Counted from the first letter of the stretch, positions 8,689 to 17,617 are shown. The stretch is 36,064 nucleotides of DNA from Candidatus Iainarchaeum sp. (GCA_021158055.1 JAGGVJ010000039.1:1-36064), one strand, 5' to 3'. Notes: generated by a model not told the origin, from the sequence alone. Made by a program: numbers and translations.

Positions 8689-9540
8689 TTATTTTTTTGC
8701 GTTTCTTTCAAGGAAATTGACTATTGCTTCCGCGGGGTTTATGCCGGTTGTTTTTGAAAAGTCCCGAAACTGCGGCGCCCTGTTGACTTCAACCACCATG
8801 AACCCGTTTGGAGATTCAAGCAAGTCAACTCCGGCGACCTGAAAGTCCAGTGCTTTAACCGCTTTTATCGCAAGCTCTTCTGCCTCTAAAGGCGCTTCGC
8901 ATGCTTTTCCTTTTCCTCCAAGCGCAATGTTTGAGCGGAAATCACCTTCGGGAACAAACCGGTACATTGACCCTATGACCTGGTTGTCCACTATGAAAAG
9001 CCGCATGTCGCGTCCCGGGTTCTGGATGAATGTCTGGACATAAATTTCTTCTTCCTTTGGAACAAATTCCCGCAGTTCAACCTCGTTTTCGGTTTTGACT
9101 ACCCCGCGCCCTTTCGCGCCGATAACAGGTTTTATTACCGCGGGATAGCTTGTCAGTTCAACAGTGTGGTCTGCAAGTTCCGCTCCAAAACCGTAAATTG
9201 TCCGGGGGGTTGGTATTTTGTGCTGCAAAAGCACAAAAGTGTGAACTGCCTTGTTGTCAAGCTTGTAAACCTCGGGTTTTTCAAAAACAGGAATGTGTTT
9301 GTTTTTAAGGTGTTGGGTGATGATGTAAGCAAGGTTTTTCCACCTTCCGACACCGCGCACGAGCGCAACGTCAGGCAGTTTGTATTTTTTTCCGCTGTAA
9401 TAAACATATGGCTTGTCTGAAAAGTCAATCAAAAACCTGTTGAAGTAACGAAACCGCACTTCGTGTCCGCGTCTGAGAGCTTCAGTCATAATCTCGCGGT
9501 TTTCCCAGCTTTTGCTTGCGCCGATAATCCATATTAACAT
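8689..9540 (-). CDS. RimK/LysX family alpha-L-glutamate ligase
   Basis: DNK, IPTPRT, PAVIKPVIGAKGRGV, YVQTFI, GRDMRLF, DFRSNIALGG, AGVDLL, VVEVNRAP. Start ATG 9540. Confidence 0.93.
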   Translation of the reverse strand: MLIWIIGASKSWENREIMTEALRRGHEVRFRYFNRFLIDFSDKPYVYYSGKKYKLPDVALVRGVGRWKNLAYIITQHLKNKHIPVFEKPEVYKLDNKAVHTFVLLQHKIPTPRTIYGFGAELADHTVELTSYPAVIKPVIGAKGRGVVKTENEVELREFVPKEEEIYVQTFIQNPGRDMRLFIVDNQVIGSMYRFVPEGDFRSNIALGGKGKACEAPLEAEELAIKAVKALDFQVAGVDLLESPNGFMVVEVNRAPQFRDFSKTTGINPAEAIVNFLERNAKK

Positions 9541-9617
9541 GAATGAAACTAAGTTCAGGATCATTAATTAATGTTTTGAGCATGTCCTTTTTTGAAAAAG
9601 AAACGCCTGAAAAAAAG

Positions 9618-9692
9618 TAGCGGGGGGTCGATTTGAACGACCGGCTTTCGGGTTATGAGCCCGACGGGCACTCCAGGCTGCCCTACCCCGCT
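9618..9692 (-). tRNA. Initiator tRNA-Met(CAT)
   Basis: A1-U72 pair (AGCGGGG/CCCCGCT) and anticodon arm TCGGG-CTCATAA-CCCGA with three consecutive G-C pairs. Confidence 0.95.
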
Positions 9693-9878
9693 TTTTTGAG
9701 TCGATTAAAACGCGCACTGTGAAGCACAAGTTTTTTTATTTTTTATCAATTAGGATTCACGCTACTGTTGCGCGTCAGTTTTTGTACTCAATTCTGTACT
9801 AATATTGTTTTTATCCCTTTTAAAATGAACTGATTTTTGAGTTTGATACAATATGTGACTATAGTTTGTTTTTTAGCT

Positions 9879-9943
9879 GTGTTCAGGTGAGTTTTTGCTT
9901 TCATGTCCTTTCGGATCAAAGGTTGTACACGTCATCACTACAC
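9879..9943 (-). ncRNA. C/D box guide sRNA
   Basis: Minus strand: GTGT-A-GTGATGA(C)-CGTGTACAACCT-TTGA(D')-TCCGAAAGGA-CATGA(C')-AAGCAAAAACTCAC-CTGA(D)-ACAC, with terminal stem GTGT/ACAC. TATA-like CTTAAAAA lies ~25 bp upstream. Confidence 0.75.
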
Positions 9944-10056
9944 ATATAATATTGATTTTTTTTATTTTTAAGGTTTTGCGGAAAGACGCCTGCAAACAAT
10001 AAAAAAGCCCTTGTTTTCTATTATCTAACGGGATTTTTTATTTTAAGATGGTTTTT

Positions 10057-10932
10057 ATGGATCTGATTGCGTACATTTTTTTGGGAATCCTTCAGGGCAT
10101 TGCCGAATGGCTGCCTGTTTCTTCCCAGGGGCAGCTGATGCTTGCGGGAATGGCTTTTTTCGGGATGCTTCCTTCGCGCGCAATCGAGTTGAGTGTGTGG
10201 CTGCATCTTGGAACAATGCTTTCTGCGCTCGTTTATTTCAGGCGCGAGGTAGCCGGCCTTTTGCGCAGGTTTCCGGCGTTTGTTTTATTGATTGCTTCAG
10301 GAAAACACATTTTAGTTAAACAAGATAGGGTTTCAGTCAGGCAAGGCAGGGTTTTAGATGAACACGACAAGCTGACTTTTTTCCTTATTGTTTCAACGTT
10401 TTTTTCAGGGCTTGTCGGGATTCCGTTGTATGTTTTTTTAAAGAAATCGTTTGTTTTTTTCGGGGGGGAAGCGGCGGTTGCGTTAATCGGGTTTTTCCTG
10501 ATTGTGACGGGGGTCATGCTTTATGGGGCGGGCTCAGGGACATTCGGCAACAGGAAAATCACTGATTTGGGTTTGAAAGACGCGGTTTTTACAGGGGTCT
10601 TGCAGGGGTTTTCTGTTCTCCCGGGAATATCCCGCTCGGGAACTTCTACAGCGGCTTTGCTGTTTATGGGTTTTCGCCAGGAGGATTCCCTGAAAATCTC
10701 GTTTTTGATGAGTATCATTGTGGTGGGTGCCGCAGAACTTGTTTTCGGGTTATTTGAAGGGTTTTCGTTTTCAACAGGTTCGCTTGTAGCATTGCTTTTT
10801 GCGTTTGTTTCAGGGTTTTTGTCAATCGGGGTTCTTTTGAAGGTGGCGAAAAAAGTGCGTTTCTGGCTTTTTTGCATTGCTCTTGGGGTCGTGTCGCTGA
10901 TTCCGTTTATTTTTTCAGTGGTTTTTTCATAA
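10057..10932 (+). CDS. uppP: Undecaprenyl-diphosphate phosphatase (BacA family)
   Basis: LGILQGIAEWLPVSSQG, LHLGT, PGISRSG and SFLMS motifs; polytopic membrane protein. Start 10048 or 10057. Confidence 0.92.
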   Translation: MDLIAYIFLGILQGIAEWLPVSSQGQLMLAGMAFFGMLPSRAIELSVWLHLGTMLSALVYFRREVAGLLRRFPAFVLLIASGKHILVKQDRVSVRQGRVLDEHDKLTFFLIVSTFFSGLVGIPLYVFLKKSFVFFGGEAAVALIGFFLIVTGVMLYGAGSGTFGNRKITDLGLKDAVFTGVLQGFSVLPGISRSGTSTAALLFMGFRQEDSLKISFLMSIIVVGAAELVFGLFEGFSFSTGSLVALLFAFVSGFLSIGVLLKVAKKVRFWLFCIALGVVSLIPFIFSVVFS

Positions 10933-11101
10933 TTTTTTTATAAGTGGGGTTTAAGTGTTTGCAAATAATTTTTATTTTTTTGACTCATTTTTTGAGGTTT
11001 TATTGTTGCTTTTGTTGTGGTTCTGCTGTATGGTTTTTTATTGATGCGTATTGATATTATTAATATATTGGCATTGATGGCATAATGCATTTTTGGCATT
11101 T

Positions 11102-11222
11102 GCGAGGGTTCCCAAGCGGCCAATCAACGGCAGTGCTTTTGCATTGCATTGGGTTAAAGGGGCTGGGCTTAGGACCCAGTAGTTTAGTGCTTTCGTCGGT
11201 TCGAATCCGGCCCCTCGCACCA
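11102..11222 (+). tRNA. tRNA-Leu(TAG) with 34-nt non-canonical D-loop intron at 21/22 (11124-11157)
   Basis: Removing 11124-11157 gives a body colinear with the nearby tRNA-Leu(CAG). BHB helix GGCC/GGTT with bulges AA|T and AA|A; encoded CCA. Confidence 0.92.
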
Positions 11223-11252
11223 ACAGGCAAAACCACTTGGTTTGGTGATTAA

Positions 11253-11600
11253 ATGACAGGCGCAACAGATTGCATAAGCTTTGATGATTTTTTGAAAGTG
11301 GACATCAGGGTCGGGAAGATAATTTCAGTAAATGATTTTCCGCAGGCAAGAAAACCCGCTTACAGGCTTGAAATTGATTTTGGAAAAGAAATCGGTGTCA
11401 AAAAGTCGTCGGCGCAGATAACTGAAAAGTATTCAAAAGAAGACCTTTTGGACAGGTTTGTTATCGGTGTCGTGAATTTCCCCCCAAAGCAGATTGCAAA
11501 TTTTATTTCCGAAGCACTTGTTTTGGGAGTGGCTGAAGAAGGAGGGGTTGTCCTGCTCGGCTTTGACAGGCAGGTTGAGATCGGGCAAAGGATATGCTGA
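11253..11600 (+). CDS. csaA: CsaA/Trbp111 tRNA-binding OB-fold protein
   Basis: ISFDDFLKVDIRVG, FPQARKPAY, KKSSAQIT, VVNFPPKQIA, SEALVLG; SD GGTGA. Confidence 0.92.
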   Translation: MTGATDCISFDDFLKVDIRVGKIISVNDFPQARKPAYRLEIDFGKEIGVKKSSAQITEKYSKEDLLDRFVIGVVNFPPKQIANFISEALVLGVAEEGGVVLLGFDRQVEIGQRIC

Positions 11601-11730
11601 AATACAGTAATCAGTTGTTCAGAGAAGCATCCTGAAATCTTAATAAACCATAAAGACAGTTAGTTATATGCTATAAAATACCATAAAAGCAGTTTGTTTT
11701 GCAGTTCTTTTTACTGTTGTTTTTGATTTT

Positions 11731-11817
11731 GCGGGGGTACCCGAGTGGCCAAAGGGGTCAGGTTCAGGGCCTGATAGTTTAGCGCTTTCGTCGGTTCGAA
11801 TCCGGCCTCCCGCACCA
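11731..11817 (+). tRNA. tRNA-Leu(CAG)
   Basis: Cloverleaf with arm TCAGG-TTCAGGG-CCTGA, long variable arm, encoded CCA. Confidence 0.96.
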
Positions 11818-11850
11818 GTTCTTTGTGAAAAACTGCCTTTGCCGGTTACT

Positions 11851-12522
11851 TTATTTTTTATTTAACAGCTCTTCATCTGCCCAGTGGTCTTTGTTTCCAC
11901 GCACATATAGCCAAAAAAATTGTTCGGGATAAATTTGTTTAAAAATATCAACTTTTTTCTCAAAAATGTCTTTGCTAAAAGAGATTCTTTGGTCTGATTC
12001 AAAATTTCCATAATTTTTCTTGTTTTCTCTTGACCAAAAATAAGGATATTCTTTGTAATATTTAGTTGCTATGCCCTCTAATAGCATAGAAACAAGAGAA
12101 TGCATGGGATGTTTTATTCCCATGGGGGCGATAATCTCTGTTTTTTTAGTAATATTTGATTTCACTTCTTTCAGCAAATCATTTGCTGTTTTCGAATCAG
12201 TATTGCAGTCTTCAAAAATTTTTGTCAAAAGCTCTTTTTTGTAGGTTGCATTTGTTTTGAAACCGTATTTTTCCCGCAACTCTTTTCTTTTTGTCTTCAC
12301 CCAGTTGATATCTACAAAATTAAGAAAAGTAACTTTTTTTACATTCTCTATTATTTCAGATAATTTTTCTGATGTAGATTTATTGCATGGGCTACTTGAA
12401 CAAGTGATTATTTCAAAATTTATTTTCGGGTGAGATAGAATGTATCCTCCCAAATTAAGCCAAGCATCATCTGGATGCGGTTCAATAATTACAATTTCTT
12501 TTTTCTCTTTGGATTCACCCAT
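11851..12522 (-). CDS. PIG-L/LmbE family deacetylase-like protein
   Basis: IEPHPDDA, HPMH (HxDH variant) and YKEYPY motifs; AT-rich. Confidence 0.8.
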   Translation of the reverse strand: MGESKEKKEIVIIEPHPDDAWLNLGGYILSHPKINFEIITCSSSPCNKSTSEKLSEIIENVKKVTFLNFVDINWVKTKRKELREKYGFKTNATYKKELLTKIFEDCNTDSKTANDLLKEVKSNITKKTEIIAPMGIKHPMHSLVSMLLEGIATKYYKEYPYFWSRENKKNYGNFESDQRISFSKDIFEKKVDIFKQIYPEQFFWLYVRGNKDHWADEELLNKK

Positions 12523-12772
12523 TAAGACCCCTTTTTTTGATTTATTTCCTCACGCACCCGTGAAATTGGCGCATAAACAGTTTGCTGATGCTTTTTTTGT
12601 ATCCGGGTTTTTCAGGATAATCATATGCTTGTTTCCGCGTAAATTTTGTGTGCAATGGAAATTTGCATTTACCATCAATTGTTTTATGATAATTAAATGG
12701 AGTTTTTTCAAGTGTTTTATCTGCGATTTCACCGCACCAGTTCTTTTTGGGTTTCCCTGTTGTGTTATCCTG

Positions 12773-13480
12773 TTATTCAAACAGTCTCTTGAACCTGTTT
12801 GGCATGGCGATTCCCCAGTAGGTTATTATTGCAAAAACACCGATCAATGCTTTTATCGGGAGAAAGATGTGGTTCAGAATCCCTGTGAAATCAAGGTACA
12901 TTAGTATCCAAAGCCCCATTATGCCAAGGGTTCCGAGAGTTACTCTTGCTTTGTATTGCTTGAACTTTTTTTCCGGAAGTTCATCTCTGTGTTTAAGCAT
13001 GCGGATCTGAAAGAAAAAAAGAGCCCCGAACATTATTGCAAGGTTTGTGCTGAACAAAAAAGCGTCTCTTGAAATCTTGGTTGTAATGAATGAACCGGAA
13101 CCTGCAAACACCTGCAAATCAAAGAGCACGGCAACAGCGAAGGTTACAGCGGTAACAGTTACTGCGGCAATTTTTACTTTTTTCAGATGCTTTTCAGCTG
13201 TAATGGCTGCAACAAGGCTTAAAGTAACGGCAATGGCTGCAAAGACAGACGCAACGCCAAGGATCCAGAAAGGCAGTTCAAGCACAGGAAACATGTTTTT
13301 AGAAAACACAAAAAAGTAAGCCAGTCCCACAAATGAGAACAGTATTGAAAGGTACTTTTTTCCGATTCTTCTCTTGAGCTGGAATTTTTTTAATGACCTG
13401 TGAGCAAGAAGAAAGCTCACAAGTGCGATTGATAAGTTAATCGTAGGAATCAGATATGTGTTTTCCATTAAACCAATCAT
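12773..13480 (-). CDS. Multi-pass (about 7 TM) membrane protein of unknown function
   Basis: About 7 hydrophobic segments; ATG 13480 lies 4 nt after SD GGTGA. Confidence 0.75.
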   Translation of the reverse strand: MIGLMENTYLIPTINLSIALVSFLLAHRSLKKFQLKRRIGKKYLSILFSFVGLAYFFVFSKNMFPVLELPFWILGVASVFAAIAVTLSLVAAITAEKHLKKVKIAAVTVTAVTFAVAVLFDLQVFAGSGSFITTKISRDAFLFSTNLAIMFGALFFFQIRMLKHRDELPEKKFKQYKARVTLGTLGIMGLWILMYLDFTGILNHIFLPIKALIGVFAIITYWGIAMPNRFKRLFE

Positions 13481-13597
13481 TTTTTCACCAATACCCAACA
13501 GGCCTTGACCCTCAATGCTTCAACAAATTTTGTTATAACCTAAATTGCAACTGATTTATTAACCAATAAGTTTTAGCAGGTATTTAAGAGGTTAACC

Positions 13598-13778
13598 GGT
13601 GTTTGCAATGGTTTGGCAGGTGTTTGCAATGGTTTGGGGGTGGGTGTTTGGAATGGTTTAATGCTTGTTTGGGCGGTTTTGTTATATTGCAGCGCAGTTT
13701 ATTTGGCACCTGATTGTTTATTATATTGCATTTGTTTGTTTATTATGCAGGCAGATGTTTGACGCAGGCAGATGTTTG
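13598..13778. repeat. Intergenic short direct repeats
   Basis: GGTGTTTG(C/G)AATGGTTT at 13598, 13619 and 13643; GCAGGCAGATGTTTG at 13747 and 13764. Confidence 0.85.
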
Positions 13779-13838
13779 TTTAGTATGCAAGTGAGTTTTA
13801 AGTGTTTTTGATTTTGACAGTTTTTAAAAGGTGTTTTT

Positions 13839-14600
13839 ATGGTTGAGTTAACGAGAATAGTGTCGTTTTTAGATGACTATCTGGAAACAAAAAACTTTGC
13901 AGAAGACCAGTCATGCAACGGGTTGCAGGTGCAGGGGAAGAAAGAAGTCAAAAAGATTGCTTTTGCAGTTGATGCGTGCATTAGATCAATTGAATCTGCT
14001 TCAAGGCAAGGTGCTGACATGCTTTTTGTGCACCACGGCCTTTTATGGAACAAAGTAAACCCCATAACTGTGTTTGAAAAGAACAGGCTGAAACCTCTTT
14101 TTGACAGCGATATTTCGCTTTACGGCGTTCACCTTCCTCTTGACGCGCACGAAGAAGTCGGCAACAATATTGAGCTTGCAAGAATTTTCGGGTTGGGGAA
14201 AAAAGAGTTTTTCGGAACAGGAACAACAAAACCGCTCGGGTGCTTTGGTAATCTGGAAAAACCGCTTAAAGCAGAAGAATTTGCGGCGGTTGTGTCAGAA
14301 AAACTTGGCTCGAAAACAATTCTTGAGAAAAACGGCAAAGACATTATTTCAAGAGTGGGGATTGTTTCAGGTGGTGGGTCAGGATATGTCAGTGAATGTG
14401 CAGACCTTGGAATAGACTGCCTTGTGACGGGAGAGTCCACGCTTTCAGCGGTCCGGGAAGCAGAAGAAAGGAACATTGCAATGATATTTGCAGGCCATTA
14501 CGCCACAGAAACAGTTGGTGTAAAAGCAGTAATGAAAAAGATAAAGGAAGTTTTTCCGGAAATTGAAACGGTATTTATTGATCTTCAAACAGATTTTTAA
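13839..14600 (+). CDS. Nif3-like (DUF34/YbgI) dinuclear metal protein
   Basis: NGLQVQG, FVHHGLLW, YGVHLPLDAH..VGNN, VSGGG, TGE, AGHYATE. Confidence 0.95.
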   Translation: MVELTRIVSFLDDYLETKNFAEDQSCNGLQVQGKKEVKKIAFAVDACIRSIESASRQGADMLFVHHGLLWNKVNPITVFEKNRLKPLFDSDISLYGVHLPLDAHEEVGNNIELARIFGLGKKEFFGTGTTKPLGCFGNLEKPLKAEEFAAVVSEKLGSKTILEKNGKDIISRVGIVSGGGSGYVSECADLGIDCLVTGESTLSAVREAEERNIAMIFAGHYATETVGVKAVMKKIKEVFPEIETVFIDLQTDF

Positions 14601-14651
14601 AAGAATTAACCGGATTTTGCAGATTTTCCGGCGCTTGTTTCAGGTGAAAAA

Positions 14652-15305
14652 ATGATAAATGATGCAATGTGGGTGTTTATAGGACAAGCAGTCGTGTACT
14701 TGGCAGCGCTGTTTCTTGTTGCCGGTTCACTTGTTTTTTTGCTGTTGCTTTACTCGCTTAAAACCGAAAGATTTTTTTTCCCGACATTCACGCTTGCATT
14801 AGTCGTGTTTTTCGAAGGGTTGCTTAAAGCGTTTTTTAACTTTTTTCACCTTGACAGTACAGCAGTTGATTTTGTGGTGATTGATTTAAAAAACAAGATA
14901 TCTTCGTCTGCTTTCAACAGCGCGCCAAACAATCGCGTTGCGTTGTTTCTTCCCCAGTGCCTCCGTGCAAAAACCTGCCCGGCAAAACTTTCGCCGCAGG
15001 GAATTCAATGCGTTTCGTGCGGGGCATGCGAGATACACAAGGCAAAAAAAGTAGCTGAAGATCTGGGTTACATGTTTTTTTTGATTCCCGGCGGAAGTTT
15101 CATTCCCCGTCTTGTAAGAGAACACAAGCCAATGGCACTCCTTGGAGTCGGGTGCCGAATGGAAGTGCGGCAAGGTTTTGAACTATGCGAAAAAATAAAC
15201 ATGCCTGCCCGCGGTATTTTACTGCTTCGTGACGGTTGCGTGGAAACAGACCTTGACTGGGATTTGTTTTACAGGACGATAAAGCGTGAAAAAGTTTTGT
15301 GCTAA
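14652..15305 (+). CDS. DUF116-family membrane protein with Cys cluster
   Basis: FLPQCLR..CPA...CVSCGACEI, IPGGSF, GVGC, DGCVET; N-terminal TM helices. Confidence 0.88.
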   Translation: MINDAMWVFIGQAVVYLAALFLVAGSLVFLLLLYSLKTERFFFPTFTLALVVFFEGLLKAFFNFFHLDSTAVDFVVIDLKNKISSSAFNSAPNNRVALFLPQCLRAKTCPAKLSPQGIQCVSCGACEIHKAKKVAEDLGYMFFLIPGGSFIPRLVREHKPMALLGVGCRMEVRQGFELCEKINMPARGILLLRDGCVETDLDWDLFYRTIKREKVLC

Positions 15306-15480
15306 GATAAGTTATTGTTGGGGTTTTTTATCGCTTTGTTTTTGCCTGAAGCAAAACCTGGAATTTACCGAAAGTTATTTTTAACCAGGCAACCAAATAA
15401 TAATTAAGCAGTGTTTTGCAATGCATTGCAAGACCAAAAGAGTTTTCAGCGCGGGTTTGCAGCATGCGTGGGCTTATTTT

Positions 15481-15634
15481 GGGGTCGTAGTATAGCTTGG
15501 CTAGTATGGCTGGCTCCAGACAGTTTAATGTTTGGAGCGATGAGTCCGCTTTGCGGGCAATGATGAAGTACTGGTAATACGGTTCGCTCCTTGGGAGAAA
15601 CCAGTAGACGGGAGTTCAAATCTCTCCGACCCCA
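15481..15634 (+). tRNA. tRNA-Trp(CCA) with 80-nt 37/38 intron (15520-15599) carrying C/D guide elements
   Basis: Anticodon CCA 15516-15518; BHB helix CTCC/GGAG. The intron has TGTTTGGAGC complementary to the anticodon loop and ATGATGA. Confidence 0.93.
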
Positions 15635-15636
15635 CT

Positions 15637-16302
15637 TTATTCCAGTTTGAGAATTATTACTTTCACGGAGTCGCCGGTTCTTTCCATGAACTTTTCCGCG
15701 TTCATTTCGAGCCCTGGAAGGCTTCCATAATGCATTGGGATGACAATTTTTGCTTTTATTGCGTTTGCTGCTTCTCCTGCTTCATTGCCGTCCATTGTGT
15801 AAGTGCCTCCGATGGGCAGCAGCGCGATATCAATATTTTGCGTGGCAAGATTTTTCATTTCAGGCGTCAGGTCAGTGTCTCCTGCAAAATATATTTTGAC
15901 ACCGGAAACAGTGAAAATAAATCCGACCCCGCATGCGTTTTTTGGGTGAAAGTTTTTTGAGATGTTGTATGCGGGAATTGTGCTTATTTCAATTCCTTTG
16001 ACTGTTGCGCTTTCCCCGGGCAGCATTGTTTTTATGTTAAAATCAAAGTTTGCAAGCTTGATTGCAGCATTTTTTGACGCGATTATTTTTGTGTCTTCTT
16101 TTTTTGCAGCATTGATTTTTGTGTCGTCGCAGTGGTCGTAATGTTCGTGGCTTACAAGTACAAGGTCTGCTTTTTCAGAGTAATTCCCAATTGTTCCTGC
16201 GTAAGGGTCAATGTACATGACAATGTCGCTTGTTTTTATTTTGAAGCTCGCGTGCCCGAACCATTGAATTGTGACGTCCCCTGTTTTAAAGAAATTCCCC
16301 AT
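15637..16302 (-). CDS. Metallo-beta-lactamase fold hydrolase (UlaG/UPF0173-like)
   Basis: WFGHAS, IDPY, SHEHYDH, YFAGDT, LLPIGGTYTM, IPMHY. Confidence 0.93.
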   Translation of the reverse strand: MGNFFKTGDVTIQWFGHASFKIKTSDIVMYIDPYAGTIGNYSEKADLVLVSHEHYDHCDDTKINAAKKEDTKIIASKNAAIKLANFDFNIKTMLPGESATVKGIEISTIPAYNISKNFHPKNACGVGFIFTVSGVKIYFAGDTDLTPEMKNLATQNIDIALLPIGGTYTMDGNEAGEAANAIKAKIVIPMHYGSLPGLEMNAEKFMERTGDSVKVIILKLE

Positions 16303-16515
16303 GAAACAACCTCCCTTGCAGTTATTTTTTGCTGCCTGCTTTTAAGCTGTGCTGAATCTGTTTTGCTGACAAAAATTTTTTTTAACACACAGTTAATTAA
16401 TGCTAATTTTAATATTAATTCACATAGTTAATTAATACATAGTTGAACACATGTTAATAATGTTTTTAGTGCTCAAATTTTTTGATCTTTTGATTATCTG
16501 ATTAATAGCATGTGG

Positions 16516-16570
16516 GATAATAATGTGGAATGGTAGTGTGAGATAATAATGTGGAATGGTAGTGTGAGAT
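16516..16570. repeat. Perfect 26-bp tandem duplication
   Basis: GATAATAATGTGGAATGGTAGTGTGA at 16516 and 16542. Confidence 0.9.
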
Positions 16571-16641
16571 TGTAACACAGAATGATAATATAAGATGATA
16601 ACATAAAATGATGACATGAAGTAATAATGCAGGGTGAGAGG

Positions 16642-17142
16642 TTGGCTAAAAAACATATTGACGGTAAAAAAAGGAAATTGGCTGCGGATTCAAACAAAAA
16701 CGCAAAAAAGTTTAACATGAAACAAGCCATGGATTACGTGGGAATTGCGGTTATTCTTTTGATTGCGGTTGCATCAATTTATTATGTGCTGGTTAGCGGC
16801 AGTCCTGAAAAAATGAAGGACAAGTTTAACATTGATGTAATGCTTTCAAAAGCAGTGAAAGATTCAATGAAAGTTCAGGGAAAGTCAATTGAGTACTTTT
16901 TTTTCCTGGCGCCGAATTCAAAAGTGTGTGTAAGCGACGCTGTTTTTGAAACCGGGCTGGAGCCGGAAAACATGTCGTTTGATTTCAGCAGGCTGACTGA
17001 AGAACCCGGTGCTTTGGACGGCTTTAAAATACCTGAAGAAGAAAACTGTCTTGAGTCTGTTTCTGAAAAAGACCAAAATTTAGTTTTGAAAATAAAATGC
17101 GAAAACGACTCCTGCAACGTGTCATTTTCAGCAGGAAAGTAA
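16642..17142 (+). CDS. Hypothetical single-TM protein with extracellular Cys-containing domain
   Basis: TTG 4 nt after GGTGA; basic N-terminus, one TM helix, four Cys. Confidence 0.7.
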   Translation: MAKKHIDGKKRKLAADSNKNAKKFNMKQAMDYVGIAVILLIAVASIYYVLVSGSPEKMKDKFNIDVMLSKAVKDSMKVQGKSIEYFFFLAPNSKVCVSDAVFETGLEPENMSFDFSRLTEEPGALDGFKIPEEENCLESVSEKDQNLVLKIKCENDSCNVSFSAGK

Positions 17143-17236
17143 TTGGATTAAACAAGTAATCGGATTGAACACCTGTCACTGCAGGACGCTTTCAAAAAGA
17201 TGAAAAAACAGAAAGAGTGGTTGGTTTTTTAGTGAA

Positions 17237-17617
17237 TCACTCTTTTATCAGTTTTGCGTTGATGACCATGTCCTGGGCAGGCCGTGATGTTACAATTGCT
17301 TTACCCAGTTCTGTTTCAATAACGGCGCCTTTGGTGATGATGTTCCGCCTTGAGTAGTGGCGGTTGGCGTTGTTTTCTGATACTTTCAGAATTTTTGTTT
17401 TTTGGATTTTTCCCGGTTCAACTGTTATATTTGCACTGTCAATTGCGCTGAACCTGACTTTAGTGGACCCGCCTTTGTTTTTGATTGTTTTGCTTTTGCT
17501 TTCTCCAACGGTTACTTCTGTCGGAATGTTTCCAATCTGTGAAAGCCTTTTTTTGCAGGACTTGGTGATTTTTGCTCCTGTAGACTTTGTTTTTGATTTC
17601 AAGTGCCATTGTGTCAA
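17237..17617 (-). CDS. rps8e: 30S ribosomal protein eS8
   Basis: ENNANRHYSRRNIITKGAVIETELGKAIVTSRPAQD; SD GGAGG with TTG start. Confidence 0.95.
   Translation of the reverse strand: MTQWHLKSKTKSTGAKITKSCKKRLSQIGNIPTEVTVGESKSKTIKNKGGSTKVRFSAIDSANITVEPGKIQKTKILKVSENNANRHYSRRNIITKGAVIETELGKAIVTSRPAQDMVINAKLIKE

Noticed and set aside
11038-11265. 75-aa minus-strand ORF
   Set aside because: Shadow of tRNA-Leu(TAG).
4855-15634. tRNA-anchored integrated element
   Set aside because: No duplicated tRNA 3' end and no integrase found by eye.
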